DNA from: Eledone cirrhosa
Taxonomy: Eukaryota
Direction: 5' to 3'
Assembly (NCBI GenBank): GCA_964016885.1
Contig: OZ024742.1
Location: 46,810,001 to 46,874,000 of the forward strand
DNA length: 64,000 nucleotides
In this document: positions 1 through 13,796 of the stretch, in pieces
Layout: each line of letters starts with the position of its first letter
How positions within the stretch are numbered: position 1 is the stretch's first letter
The notes under the pieces: model-generated
Told to the model about the DNA's origin: nothing
The model's input: the letters and a program-made list of their open reading frames with translations, nothing else
The model's database searches: none
Made by a program: the position numbers and the translations under genes

Positions 1-159
1 ATGTATATATATATATATATATATATGTGTGTATATATATATATGTATGTGTATATGTATGTATTTGTATACACATGTATATTTGTGTGTATGTATGTAT
101 GTGTGTGAGTGTATATATATGTGTATATATGTGTGTGTGTGTGTGTGTATATATATGTA

Positions 160-203
<44 letters not shown>

Positions 204-229
204 TATTTATATATGTGTGTGTGTTTTTA

Positions 230-815
230 TGTGTGTATATGTGTATGTGTATGTGTGTTTATGGTTTGCGCGCGAGTGTGTGAGTGAGTGTGTTTTTTTG
301 TGAATGTGTCTGTTGATTTTTGGCATATAGTTGATTAGTTTAAGAGAAGTTCGAAGATAATTGTAAGATATGCACTCAGTATTTTGAATCTGTCTACAGA
401 ATTCTCTAAACCTTTGTCACTTAGTAGAACCTTAATGAATTTAGCTTTTAAAGAATCTCATTTTCCTTTAATTCTATCTACCATGACTGACCCCCCACTG
501 ATCTTATAGACATCTGTTAGCTTAGAGAAACTTATTGACAAGGAATGGTATGCCATCCAGAACCTGTTTATAGAATTCTGTCTGCCTTTGTTACTAAAAA
601 CAAAAATTAATAAAAATAAACTATAGCTTTTTAGAATTAGCTTTTAATGAATTCCTTTTCTATCAACCAATGACCTACACCCATCCCACTGCCCACCCTC
701 TCCTACCACTTGTAGAGACCTATAAATACCATATTTATTTTTTGATACCCAGATTCCTGAATATTTCTAAAGAATGAAACAGTTCTAGTCCTGTAGAATC
801 TCATCTATATTAAAA

Positions 816-817
<2 letters not shown>
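230..817 (+). mobile_element. Non-coding PLE pseudo-LTR fragment (family A) ending in (TA)n
   Basis: 352-817 is highly similar to 55654-56130, and 230-351 is the reverse complement of about 55535-55650. It carries a degenerate HHR at 752-800 (GATTC CTGAATA..GAAACAG..CTGTA GAATC). Confidence 0.75.
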
Positions 818-860
<43 letters not shown>

Positions 861-1359
861 CCTTCGAATGAAACAGTTCTAGTCTTGTAGATATACTTAT
901 ATACTTATATATATATATATATATAATTAGTTATAACAATAACATGTACGAGTATTTAAGCTACGTTGGGTTTTTCAACGCAACTCATTCAGCCTGTCAT
1001 AAAAATGAAAATGGTTTCGCACCGTGGAGATATTACAAAGTGAAGGAGAGTTGTAAGAGTAGGTAATCCCGAAATTATCTATAAATAGACAAGTACCTTA
1101 AATAATGTAAGTGAAAAGGGAGGCGACTATAAAAACATAAGGTAGGCAACTTGTGTTTCAAGCCCAGGGGTTACATTGAAAAGTCGAAGAAATTAAATTC
1201 AATTAATTTGCTCTAGACCATTTTTTTTTCAGAACAAATTTGCTTTATGGGGACAGCGATTGAAGAAGTGGAAACGCTCATTTAAGCAGCGTTTCCCTGT
1301 TTGGATCTTTCCAGTAACCTCCATTTAATGGAAAACGCTGTGGCGTTATCTCAAATATA

Positions 1360-1436
<77 letters not shown>

Positions 1437-1452
1437 AGACACAGGCACACAC

Positions 1453-1493
<41 letters not shown>

Positions 1494-2547
1494 TGCATAG
1501 GCATGCACATGCACGTGGGTGTACAAGTAATGTCATTAAATCGAAACTTAACTGTCCTCATATGCAATTCCAGTATGAAATTATAGTTTCTAAGGCTTTA
1601 TACTTCACATTATAATTTTATTTAGAAATTTAATAATGAAAAATGCGATTCTGTAATATAAAGTTTCAAAGAAACACCGCGCAAATAATCACACCAATGA
1701 TTCTAGTAGAGAAATGTAATGAAATATACGTTTTATTTGATATTTATTAAAAATCTAATTGTCCAGCTAACATGTCAAAATGTAAATAGAAATATATATT
1801 AATCTGTATTGTGTGTTATTTCAAGCAAATCTTATGAAAGCTTTGTAAATTTAGCATTTTTATTTTAATGTTCTATAATGCATCTGTAAAATTGAATGAA
1901 ATCATGCATAAATTATATTTTTTGAAATTATAGCCCTCTTTATTCTTTCGTGTTCTTTTCTCTTATATTTACAACAAATAAAGTGAGCAAATGGGATGAT
2001 GAAATCACAATTGAAATGTTGCACATATTTATTTTGCAATCAGTAAAGCATTTTATTTCGCTAGTTAGTTCACATTTATATTGCAATATAAAGATATAAT
2101 GAAATTCACATATATTGGCATCAGTTGAGCAATGGATTCATTGAAAACTATAAAATTATCAATTCAATCTGTTGAATTATGACAATAATTACCTTCAAAT
2201 GTCCTTTTTCTTGAAATATTATGTTCATTCCATCATATTCTACACATGCACATATATGCAAGCACATGCGCATACACACTGCCACAGACACATACACAGA
2301 CACACACACAGACACACAGACACACAAACACACACACGCACACACACATATATATATATGTACACTTTCATACATCAGTATATATGGACATATATATGGA
2401 TATATTCATGTATATATGCATGCATGTATGTGTATATATGTATATATATACATATACATACACACAGGCATATGCATACACGCACACTCACACACACACA
2501 CATATATATTTATATATATATGTATATATATATATATATATAGGTAA

Positions 2548-2734
2548 GTTATTCCGGGTTGAATCGGAGGTAACCACAGTAAGTAAGGAACTCAATACAG
2601 AGCAGAGTATACAAGTTTTAATATAGATGAGATTCTACAGGACTAGAACTGTTTCATTCTTGAGAAATCATCAGGAAATCAAGATTCTTGATGATTTCTC
2701 AAGAATGAAACAGTTCTAGTCCTGTAGAATCTCA

Positions 2735-2740
<6 letters not shown>
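2548..2740. mobile_element. Family A pLTR 3' end as a fold-back with two oppositely oriented HHR motifs
   Basis: 2548-2677 matches 54638-54768. 2622-2740 is a near-perfect palindrome with a minus-strand CTGATGA core and a plus-strand TTGATGA core. Confidence 0.8.
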
Positions 2741-2798
<58 letters not shown>

Positions 2799-2921
2799 GG
2801 AGGTGAGTTTTATTGTAGTACAATAAAGCAATGCAGATATCGGATAAGAAGCACTCTACAGTTTGTGGGACTGGAGTATGCATAATATAAGATCAAAAGA
2901 TGGTTAAAGGAGTTCCATATA

Positions 2922-2988
2922 TTTTATTATGCGCATTTCAAAAACAAACATCATCAAACAATAATATTTGTGACTTCATCAGATAAAA
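2922..2988 (-). ncRNA. Type I hammerhead ribozyme motif (family B; second copy about 36936-37003)
   Basis: Minus strand reads TTTTAT CTGATGA [stem II] GAAA TGCGCA TA ATAAAA. Stem I pairs and stem III is the palindrome ATGCGCAT. 2887-3050 is similar to 36901-37065. Confidence 0.7.
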
Positions 2989-4077
2989 CAGGAGAACATG
3001 ATATGAAGGCTAAAAAACACTTGTTGATAGTGCAGTTTTAAATCAACATATATATATTTATAATAAATGAGAATAAAGAATCAGTAATGCGTTATATACA
3101 TATTTAATTACATATTACATATGTTTCATTGTTGATCAGCTCGAGGAACGATCGAATAATGTTCATTCTTCATTCTGGAATCAGAAGTTCCTAAGATATG
3201 TGTTCTCACATGTAGACTCACGTCCAAATGTTGTTGAATTGTTAAACACGCGATTTGTTATGTTCGGCTGTCACAGACTTTGTTATAAGAAATGTGTTGT
3301 TGTCGATGTTATCATGCTAAGTTGTAAAAGAAATAGGCGTTATAGTTACTGATAGGAAGCTTGCAAGATGAGTTCTGTGATAAAGAATGAATATATATAT
3401 ATGTGTATATGCGGTGCGTGTGTGTGTGTATGTATATATGTATATATGTTTATATATACATATATATATATGTGTGTGTGTGTGTGCGTGTGTATGTATA
3501 CTTGACAATAAACAGGAAGATGTGTAAATATGAAAATACACTATTAACAGGTGCTATGTGTCTGAACACGGAAGAGCCGAACACCCACCGTCATCGCCCT
3601 CATCTCTCTCGCCCTCCTCATTTCTCTGTATAGTGAGCAAATGGGGTCCCACGTGCTGGCCGCCCCACAGCCCCGGCGGACAGAATGGAGAAGGCGTTTC
3701 CCTGGAGTATGGTAAGGGAGATGCGATCATTGTGTTTGGTTAAATCCCTAGAATTCAACAACATTTACTGTCACCGATTGGTCAAGATGGTTAATTCTGC
3801 TGGTCTGGTACATATGTCGTTCATGGCTGACGATCCGTCTGTAGCAAGTCATGGTTATAGGCTACGAAGACTTAGAAGATTAGAAGAATGTAAAGATTAA
3901 GTAAATAAAGAAATAAATGTAAATCAGCGGATGAGTAATTTGATAGATAACGAAACAAACTAAAAAAGAATAGGAAAACATAGAAAAATATTATAAATAA
4001 AATAATACAAAGATAATGAAGATCCTAAATAAAACGATAAAATGTTTTTTACAAACATAGATGAATAAGTAGGGTAA

Positions 4078-4110
<33 letters not shown>

Positions 4111-4132
4111 TACATATATATATATATGTATA

Positions 4133-4577
<445 letters not shown>

Positions 4578-4677
4578 ATATAATACCCTTTGTCTAGCTC
4601 TACACTTCGACACTGAAGTGAACCTAAACATCGAGTGCTCACCCGGGCGAACCTACAGTAACTCGAAGTTACACTAC

Positions 4678-5937
4678 CAGGGTGCGGACGGTATTTGAGG
4701 ACACATGCATTTTTAGTCATTATTTTATTTGACTAATTTTTGTTGATCTTCTATTTCAGAAAATAACAATGAAAATAACTATGCTTACTAATGAAATGAA
4801 AACCCATGCTGTGATTGTGGCTTTGAAGGCTAAGCATAGTGATTTAGAAATTTCTCGTTTTCTGAAAGTTGCAAAATCTTTTGTCCACAAGATTCGGTGT
4901 GAGTTAGAAAAAGAAGATGGACGCGTATTACCTGTATCAAAATGTAAAAATCATTCCAAACGCTCTGATTCTATCAGAACACCTGAATTTATTCAGGAAG
5001 TTAAGCAAAACATTGATGACAATCCAGGAAAATCAATGAGGTCGATTGCAAAAAATGTTGGTGTGTCAGAAAAAACATTCAGAAATGTTGTGCATGAAGA
5101 CATCAGATACAAATGTTACGTGATGAGAAGAAGTCAATTAATGTCAGAAAAAAGCAAAGAATATCGTTTAATCAGATCCAAAAGACTTTTGAACAAACTT
5201 AAAAATCCATCAGAAGATGGTGTGATTTGGTTTTTCTCAGATGAGTGAGACCAGGACCAGAAAACTAACAGGAAAAATGACAGGCGGCTTTGTGCAGACC
5301 CTTCTGAGGTGCCAAGAGTAATGCACACAAAATTTCCTGCAAGTGTCATGGTTTTGGATGTTGTTAGCAATGAAGCACATGTGATGCCTCCTCACTTTTT
5401 TTTCCACAAGGCCTTAGAGTGAATCCTGCTGCGTATATTGAGGTTCTGGATAAAGTTGTTAAGCCTTGGATCAACAGTGTATGCACTGAAAGGCCTTATG
5501 TGTTTCAACAAGATTCTGCACCATCACACACGGCTCACATGACACAAGAATGGATGGCCAACAATTTGCATGATGATATCATCCCCAACATTTGGCCTTC
5601 TAATTCTCCAGATCTCAATCCACTGGACTACTATGTATGGAGCATCGTTGAGAAAAATATCAATGAACACCCCCATAGCACTAAATATATTTTTAAAGCC
5701 GCCATAGTTCGAGTCATGTCCGATTGAACAAGGTCCACTTCAGCCGAGCTTGTAAACGATTTCGATCCTGCGTAGAGGCAGTTATTGATGCTTATGGTGG
5801 TTTTATTGAATGCAATTATTAAATTGAAAATGTAGCTTTAGTTTATGTCATTTTTATAAGAATACAGATTTTTTCTGTCATTATATAAGCGGTTTTTTTA
5901 AACCATAAATATGTCCTCAAATACCGTCCGCACCCTG
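4678..5937 (+). mobile_element. Tc1/mariner superfamily DNA transposon, DD37D (maT) family, full length but defective
   Basis: 26-bp TIRs CAGGGTGCGGACGGTATTTGAGGACA (4678-4703 / 5912-5937), TA at the right flank, and transposase motifs inside. Confidence 0.93.
4769..5810 (+). pseudogene. DD37D transposase, disrupted
   Basis: ORF fragments 4769-5248 (HTH region, WFFSDE) and 5419-5727 (FQQDSAPSH...WPSNSPDLNPLDY, 37 residues between the last two Asp), interrupted by stops and frameshifts. Confidence 0.9.
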
Positions 5938-5971
<34 letters not shown>

Positions 5972-6204
5972 AAGGTTAAAATACTGGAGCGTGTTGGAGT
6001 TAAACACCCTTAAACACCCTTCTTTGTTTTACTCTCTTAATATATATATACATATGAATGTATGTATAGCATATATGAATGTATGTATAGTGTATTTGAT
6101 AATATACTGTATGTTTATTTTAAAACATTTTGAAGACCATTCGCTATGAGTTTTAAAGTAGTGACTATGTCACTTTCTTTGTCTCGGCAAAATCAAAGGG
6201 AAGC

Positions 6205-6246
6205 AACCGACAGTTGTTTCTCGTTTGTTTAACGGTTATCAAGATT
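6205..6246 (-). ncRNA. HHR motif with U3:A8 core variant
   Basis: Minus strand reads AATC TTGATAA CCGTTAAACAAACGA GAAAC AACT GTC GGTT. It lies downstream of a minus-strand PLE RT fragment. Confidence 0.55.
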
Positions 6247-6449
6247 ACTTATCCCTCCGCTTCTGCCGAGACATTTCGAAGCTGGATTCTTATAGAATTC
6301 CAGTAATAATCAGGAACTGATTATACAGAGCGATTGCCGATCCAGCAAAAAGAGACCTGCTGATAAAATTCACCCGAAAAAGAAAATCCATTTAGGGTGA
6401 GAACAAGCTCAGCCAGACGGAGAAGAGTGGTAGTACTGTGGTAAGGGGT

Positions 6450-7005
6450 AGGGCGTAAATCTAAAAAAATGCTGGAGAGCGCGGAGGCCGTCATCATGAG
6501 GGATGACTGTATAGATAGAAGTGATGTCCAGGGTAAAGAGAAGGCGGGAAGGACCAGGAAGGAAGGAGAAAGAGTTGAAAAGTCTAAGGGCATGATTTGT
6601 AACGTGGATGTGGGAGGGAAGATTGCCGACTAACGGGGCGAGGATGGTGTCTAAATATTCAGAAATTATCTAGGTGGGGCAGTTGCACGTAGAAACGATA
6701 GGACCGACAGGATTATTTTGTTTGTGTATTTTGGGGAGAAAGTAGATGGTGGGTGTGCGAGGGGTACGTATAATAAGGTTGGAGTCTGTGGGAGGTAGGT
6801 GAGAGGAGGAGATGAGCTTGTGGATGGTGGAGGACACGAGTTGTTGGTAGCCAGAAGTGGGGGCGGAGGATAAAGGGCGGTAAAAAAGGGTATTGTGAAG
6901 CTGGCGGTGAGCCTCAGCCCTATAGAGGTCAGCGCTCCAAACCACCACAGCGCCACCTTTGTCAGCGGGTTTGATGACAATGTCATCGCGACACTGAAGG
7001 CTGCT
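6450..7005 (-). pseudogene. Penelope-like element reverse transcriptase fragment
   Basis: Translation gives DDIVIKPADKGGAVVVW...PTIYFLPKIHK..PVGPIVS, the PLE RT N-terminal motifs. Confidence 0.85.
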
Positions 7006-7551
7006 TAACTCCCAAATCTTTTCTCCGCCAGCTCCATTCTACTCTCCAGCGCTTCCTCCAACCTCTCCCCCCTAAATGCATCCAATCCTCCCTGCATCTC
7101 TCCAAACTCATCTTCACCAAAACACGATACAACAGTCACATCACATTTTTAAGTCGCTGTCTCCATCAAGTTTTCCGCCTCAAGTTTCACCCATTATTAT
7201 TATTATTATTATTATCAATATTATTATTATTATTCTCTACATTCCTTACATCAAACTAAAATATGTTGACAATCTTTTAATAATGTCTTTTAATAATGTC
7301 TTTTAATAATGTCTTTTAATAATGTCTTCCTTGTGAAGTTTGAGGCCTAGTTTTGCTTAACTAATGAATATTTCCAGCTCTGCGCACCTAACTTCTGCAT
7401 GAACCCAGCCATCTAGCTGCTTTCTACTGCATATTGCACATTGAGCACATGCCTTTACGCTTTGGCTTCTAACTAACTCACCAATCTCTCCTCTCATATC
7501 TCCTCTACTATCTCCATCTCTCTCTTTAAGATTGGTTACTCTTGAACTGTG

Positions 7552-7583
<32 letters not shown>

Positions 7584-7889
7584 GGTGTGTGTGTGTATGT
7601 GTGTGTATATATATATATATGTGTATGTGTATATATATATATAGAAAATGTGTGTGAGTGTGTGTGTGTGTGCGCGCGTGTATGTGAAATCCCGAATGCG
7701 GCGCCAAGCGGTTTCGTTTTGTATGTTCAGCAACCCTTTTTCAAGGGTGTAGTAATATTTGTAGGGTGTGAAAAACTAGGTCACTGTTCTTGGTAGTGCT
7801 TTGGTTGAGTTTTTCATAGTAATAAACTGATCATATGGAGGAAGTTGGGTGGTGGTTCAGATAGTGGTAAGCGTATCTACCTTCCATTA

Positions 7890-8373
7890 CTTGTGATACT
7901 AGGACTTCTCCTCCTGCTTCGGTGGAACTCCATTCGCATGTAGAGTGCACTGTGCAGACTTCCTCGAGAAGACGAGTGTCAGTTTTTGCAGCACTGATTT
8001 TCATTCCAACCATGCAGCACTCAGCATCAAACCTAGCAAATGCAAATCAGAGATCACCTTCTGTCGCATTAAGTAACACCATGTCACATGCAAATTCCAA
8101 CCGACTGGTTTTACACCTGTCAGTCGTGATACCACTTTCAACCCGGCTGCACATGTCAATCCTATTTATGAAAATAATGAACAGTAGAGTTGACAGTACA
8201 CACCCTTGGTAGAGTCCGATTTCCACGTTGAATAGTTTCGATTTAGCACCATTTATCTGCATATAAATACCCGGCCATTGGTATAGTAGTATCAAATCAG
8301 CAAGAAACTGACCATCGATCCCATACACCTGCAGAACCTTCCACATTAGATTGTTGTAATTTGCTTGAAGCAT
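7890..8373 (-). pseudogene. Non-LTR retrotransposon RT fragment (RTE-like)
   Basis: GLYQGCVLSTLLFIIFINRI...LEFACDMVLL corresponds to the QG..LSP.LF and degenerate FADD motifs. Confidence 0.8.
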
Positions 8374-9073
8374 TGAGTTACTTCATAAAATACTATGTTA
8401 TTCTAAGGCATCGACAATAGAAAAGGGACGGTAGATTTTTAAATAAATTGAAAGAATGAAAATATTATTGTCTCATCTGTTATATTTAACTGTCCTAATA
8501 TTTCAGGGTCAAAATTCCTTCATCAGAAGTACATTAAAAAGGTTGTGCTTTTGTTGTTATAGGTACGCCCTTTTACTTCATTTGTTAAGAAGGGAGGATG
8601 CTGTGGTCTGTGGACTGACGTATATAATGTTCTGTGTGCGTGTTCGTGTCAAATATAGTGTGCTTTTGTCTATGTTTTTATCTATACTATAAAGCTGACG
8701 GCCGTATGTAGGTAACAAACTTTCAGCCAAACGGCTGGACCAAACAGCACCAAAATTGCAACATAGATGTAACTTTTTCCAAGTAAAAAAGTGAGGGTAT
8801 TTTTGTCTACTGAATTTTGTTAAAAGATTAAAGACATTATTTAAATATTCACTTCTTTAAAATTTTAAATGTCAACCCTTCCGGTTATACGTAATTCATC
8901 ACTTTTTCTTATGACGTCGCACAACATTCCCCTCTTTTTCTTAGTCTGTCTTTTTAGATAGATAGATAGCTATAACGTAGCGCCCTTATATTATGTCTCT
9001 GTATGTCTGGCTGTCTGCATTAAATAACGTTTTTCGAAATATTTACTTCTGCGTTCACAGACGGATTTTTTTT

Positions 9074-9124
9074 AGTTTCAGAAGATCCCGTTAAGGGTGA
9101 AAGCAGCGATTCTTTGCTTAAATT
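9074..9124 (+). ncRNA. HHR-like motif, CAGAAGA core (same family as 46289-46339)
   Basis: AGTTT CAGAAGA TCCCGTTAAGGGT GAAA GCA..TGC TT AAATT. 9025-9142 is similar to 46242-46358. Confidence 0.5.
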
Positions 9125-9209
9125 GAATCTGTTATTTTAATATATATATTCGTGTACAGATATTTTTGCATACACAAATCTAAAAACCTATTTATTTCAC
9201 GAAAGCACT

Positions 9210-9700
9210 GACGGCTTATCGTCATTGTTACTGTTCGAGGTTAGAGGACCACAGTCTTTACAAGATCTGAGAACATCAATGGCCATCAATGTTCCACTTA
9301 CCGCTTGGCTTGCCAGATGCGTGGTATGTTATACGATGACAGCCATTGGCACCTCACCCTGCAAGAAGCAGCAATTGCTAAAGTCCCTTCTCAGCTGCGA
9401 AAACCTTCTGCTATTATGCTGCACAACTGCGATCTTGCCGCCTCTCTCGCACTGTGGAACAACCACCGTGAAAGTCTAGCTGAGGACATCCTCCACCGCA
9501 TACGCAGACACAATCCAAACGTAACATATGATGTCGTTTTCAATGAGGCTCTCATTTGTCTTGAAAACAGTGTCATGATGATTGGTGGTAGGCCTCTAAG
9601 TCACTACAGCTTACCTCCTCCTGACAGGAGTGTCCAGAGGTTAACGTCTTCAGAGCTTCTCCGCGAGACGAGCTACGAACTCAGTGATTCTCCCATGGTC
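9210..9700 (+). pseudogene. Helitron Rep/helicase fragment
   Basis: LLLFEVRGPQSLQDLRT and ACQMRGMLYDDSHWHLTLQEAA...QLR are typical of the RepHel region between the Rep and helicase domains. Frameshifted. Confidence 0.85.
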
Positions 9701-10549
9701 AATTGTATGTAGGATGCTCTAGGGTGAGCTCGCCAAACAATCTCTTCATCTATTCTCCGTAGGGCCGAACAAAAAATATTGCATACTCTGAGGCTCTAAC
9801 AATGTAATTTAAATATTTTCTGTTACTTGAAATTTCCATTATGGTTGTACAAATTATTGTTTATTAAATGATTTGTTCTGTTCACCCTTTATTGCTGTGA
9901 CTATCAATTTTCTTTAACGTACTGGCTGCTGAACTGGGGAATCCTAAAAACTATTCAAACCTAACACCAGTGAACGTTAACCACGCCCCACCCCGCCCCT
10001 CGCTGACCTGAGAGGGCGTGCGGTATCTTTGCACTGGAGTGTAGGAGGGATTCCTGAAAAGATAAAATGCCGGTATACCAAGCCGAGCGTCAGCCGGACG
10101 GGCCAGCTAGTGTTAAATATTTTCGATGCAAATGTTGTGTCAAATTGTAAGAGTTTGGATATTTTAGTTATTCTGAATTGAATTATGTGTGTCTGTGTGC
10201 GTGTTTATGTCATGTATTGTGTGTCTAGTTGTAATTCTTTGTTTGATTTGTCTATTATGGTGTGCGCCTTATGTGAAAATTGCGTGTGTGGATTTATGTT
10301 GAGTATTGTGTGCTAAGTTCTAATCTATTATCGATTTGGTGGTTACGCCTAACTATTAGTATTTCTTCTTTGATTCTAAGGGTGCCCATGTTCCTATCAC
10401 TGGTTTTAATAATACATGTTATGTCTCTGTTGTAACAATCACAGCTATAGACCGATTCTCCCAACAACGTGTCCACGTCCTGCCAACCGCGAGTTCGATC
10501 ACAAACTCTCCTGACTCAAACAGTCTATTTTCATCATGTTACGGAGACC

Positions 10550-11440
10550 AAGAATGTTGACCCTAAACTCTCTAGGATACAACTCATTCTGAAATCCAAC
10601 GATACCTTCTTTCGATTAAGGGAAACAGTTCTGTATTGAGACATATACCAACCTAGCAATTGAACACCTCAGCAACGGTGGACTATACTCATAAACGACA
10701 GACACAACCTCAACCCAGATCACAGACCATATTAACACTGCCTGGACTGCCATCTGTAGATGGAGACAACTTCCTAACAAATACAAAAATGACTTCACCA
10801 CTTGGAACAGCAAACTACGAACATTCCAACACTTCATAAAAATCCACAAAACCAGTACTGAAATCCAGATTAGACCCATTGTCTTTAGCATAGAAGGACT
10901 CCTCCATCATTTCATCTAACCTATACCACTTCGAAGACACCGCATCCGGCATACACCAACTCCTATACATCATTATGTATAACACTTACTTAACCTTCCA
11001 TCACCACACCTACAAAAAAACAACAGATCTATATATGGGATACACTCTCTTAGGCCTACTGGCCATTACCTACATGAACCAGTTGGGCCATCGTATGCTC
11101 AACACCTACTACTCCAAGTCCATAGACGACATACTCATTTTCACGTCCTCACGTGAAGAGGCCGATAAAATATTTATGTCGTTCGTGAACGTGTATGATA
11201 AAATACGCTTCGGCATAGAACACCTTCATAGCACTGGACCCCTATCCCTTATCGACTACAAGCTGAGAGTAACCGTAGAAGGGGACATCCACACCAATTT
11301 CTACTAGATAGCCACCTACAGACAAATATTAATTCCTTACAAATCGGCCCTCAGCCTATATATATGGAATAAACTTATCCGTACTGGGAAAAAATGCAGC
11401 AAAACCAAGGACCAAGTCACCCACACATCACATTTCGAAC
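10550..11440 (+). pseudogene. Degenerate PLE reverse transcriptase
   Basis: Fragments IKIHK..IRPIV, LYMG..L.GLLAITYM, SIDDILIF and LSLIDY correspond to PLE RT motifs. Confidence 0.7.
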
Positions 11441-11647
11441 TATAACAAACAGAGTAAAAAGTTAGGACCGATATGGTTTCGATCGTTTTCCCACTCACTC
11501 AGTAATTTGGTTAAGTCAGTATCATTACGATACCAGCTGTAGAAAACTAGAGCGCACACTAACACGTTAAATAATTAGAGAAACGATTCCGTGTGGATAG
11601 AAAATGTGGGACTAATACATTAGTTTCCGCCACTATATATACATATA

Positions 11648-11842
11648 CGAGGGTCGGTTGAAAAGTTCATAGGCTGACTAGGAAGGATTGGCGCTAGAGC
11701 GTTGAAATCTTGCATGCATTAATTTCAACTCTTATTAATAACACCATTGTTTCTTTCCAGCGACTATGTTGAAAAATAAACATAATCTGGTCATTCCATG
11801 AGAGTATCTTGGTCAGCCTATGAACATTTCAGCCGACACTCG
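11648..11842. mobile_element. Mariner-derived MITE
   Basis: About 30-bp imperfect TIRs CGAGGGTCGGTTGAAAAGTTCATAGGCTGAC / GTCAGCCTATGAACATTTCAGCCGACACTCG, with TA on both sides. Confidence 0.85.
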
Positions 11843-12524
11843 TATAAATATGCTTTTTAATTATGATTAATATTATGAAAAATTCTGTTTAAGTGGCTGA
11901 ATGTTTAAATTAGATATATTCTTCCCATCAATCATTTTGAATTACTTACAGACTGCATCTTGTTTATATAATCTAATGTTACCTCGTTTTTATGTGTTTA
12001 TTTATTTCATATTAGACGGGTTTTGATAAACAATGGCGTTGTTGATTATCTGTTTCGAGCGGATCAGTCATTGGTTCATTGATTTTCCGACAGCGAGAGC
12101 GACAAAAGAGTGTCATTTCAACTCGGGTGAAAGACATAACACGCAGAGTATTATTTTATTCTAATCACCAATATTTATATTCTATGAAAGATCGAAATTA
12201 TATTACGATATACCATATATTTATTTATTCTACTCTTGAATTATAGTGATTATATGATTTTTTTTTGTTTCATGCTTTTAAGCAAATTATGAAAGCAACC
12301 ACAAAACAGTACGTTGAGATTAGAAATAATTATGCAATAAATTAATATAAATAGCAAACAGATTTTTCATATTAAGCAATATTTCTTGTCAACAGTCAGT
12401 CTGTTTTCTTGATTTATGAGAAAATTACTGCAAACAAACATGAGATTTAAGAATGCAGAACACACTTATAGGTTTCTAATTTGTGTACATACACACTTTC
12501 ATAAAAAACACACATACATATATT

Positions 12525-13030
12525 CAGTAATCACAAGAAGGGAGGTAGGCGTAAAAGCTAAACACTCTATCTTCAGTTCGGTTTTCGCGCCAACCCTTAC
12601 CTATAGTCATGAATCTTGGGTAATGATCGAAAGAATACGATCGCGAATACAAACGGCCGAAATTGGATTCCGCCAAAGGGTCTTTGGAGTAAAGCGGCTC
12701 GATAAAATGCGTATCTCAGAAATCAGAGAGTCACTTCAGTTAGAGATGCTACTTCTCCGAATTAAGAAATCACAGCTCTGACACTCTGGGCATGGGGTTA
12801 GAATGTTTCAGAAAAGAATCGCTGGACAGATTTTACGCGCAAAACCAATCGGCAGGAGACCCAGGGGTAGACCCCGAGCAAAGTGGTTGGATAACATCCA
12901 TGAGCTTGACTGCTCACGCTTGGGCATCCAGCCGTATCAATTGTAGACAGTTGCTTCTGACAGGACCCGCTGGTAGGAGTGTTTGAGGATTCTTCCCCCA
13001 CGACTCTCTCAGGAGTAAGTAGGCAAAGAA

Positions 13031-13032
<2 letters not shown>
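12525..13032 (+). mobile_element. RTE-clade LINE 3' end
   Basis: PTLTYSHESW...RIQTAEI...GRRPRGRPRAKW is the RTE C-terminal region. Ends AAGAAGAA before (TA)n. Confidence 0.85.
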
Positions 13033-13127
<95 letters not shown>

Positions 13128-13604
13128 TAAACGGAATAGAAAATGCTGACAAATTGTTCACAGTTGAAAAATGGTTTAATTAGGAATAAAAGAGTATTAG
13201 TGATTGTATGGGTTAGTATTCAGTTGTGGTTTTAAGTTTTTAAGTTTTTACCGGTTGCGCATTTCTAAATGCTTTTCAAAAATAATTTTGAGATAGAGTG
13301 TCCGTGCTGTTTGCTCTGATCTGATTAGTTTTGGGAATTCTACCTGTTTTTATGTTAAAAAAGTGGCTCCAGCGTTATTTTTGTGTTGCAAAAATGCTTG
13401 TGGTCAAAACAATTTTGATTGGTCGGTAGAGGTCATGTGAATGTAAAAGGTTGATTTTGCGCCAAGACTGTTTTTATGTTAAAATGTTAAAAAAGTGGCT
13501 CCAGCAAAAATTCTTGGTCAAAACAATTTTGATTGGTCGGTAGAGGTCATGTGGATAAAAAATTGGTTTTGCGCCAAGATTGAGAAATGACTCTTTCACA
13601 ACAA

Positions 13605-13648
<44 letters not shown>

Positions 13649-13732
13649 GTGTGTGTGTGTGTGTAGTAGTAGTAAGGTGTTCAATGCTGCGACAATGGCC
13701 AGCAGCGATGTGTGTCAAATGGCTATTAAGAT

Positions 13733-13781
<49 letters not shown>

Positions 13782-13796
13782 GCAGAGTCATTCGAA

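Larger units (their letters stand above)
8681..10110 (+). mobile_element. Non-autonomous, internally deleted Helitron
   Basis: Starts TCTATACTAT and ends in a GC-rich subterminal hairpin-like sequence followed by CTAG. It is inserted between A and T with no TSD and contains a RepHel-like fragment. Confidence 0.85.

Noticed and set aside
11460-11540. Minus-strand HHR-like remnant (CGAAACCATATCGGTC)
   Set aside because: The 5' core reads CTGGTA rather than CTGANGA and stem I is not convincing, so it is too degenerate to call.
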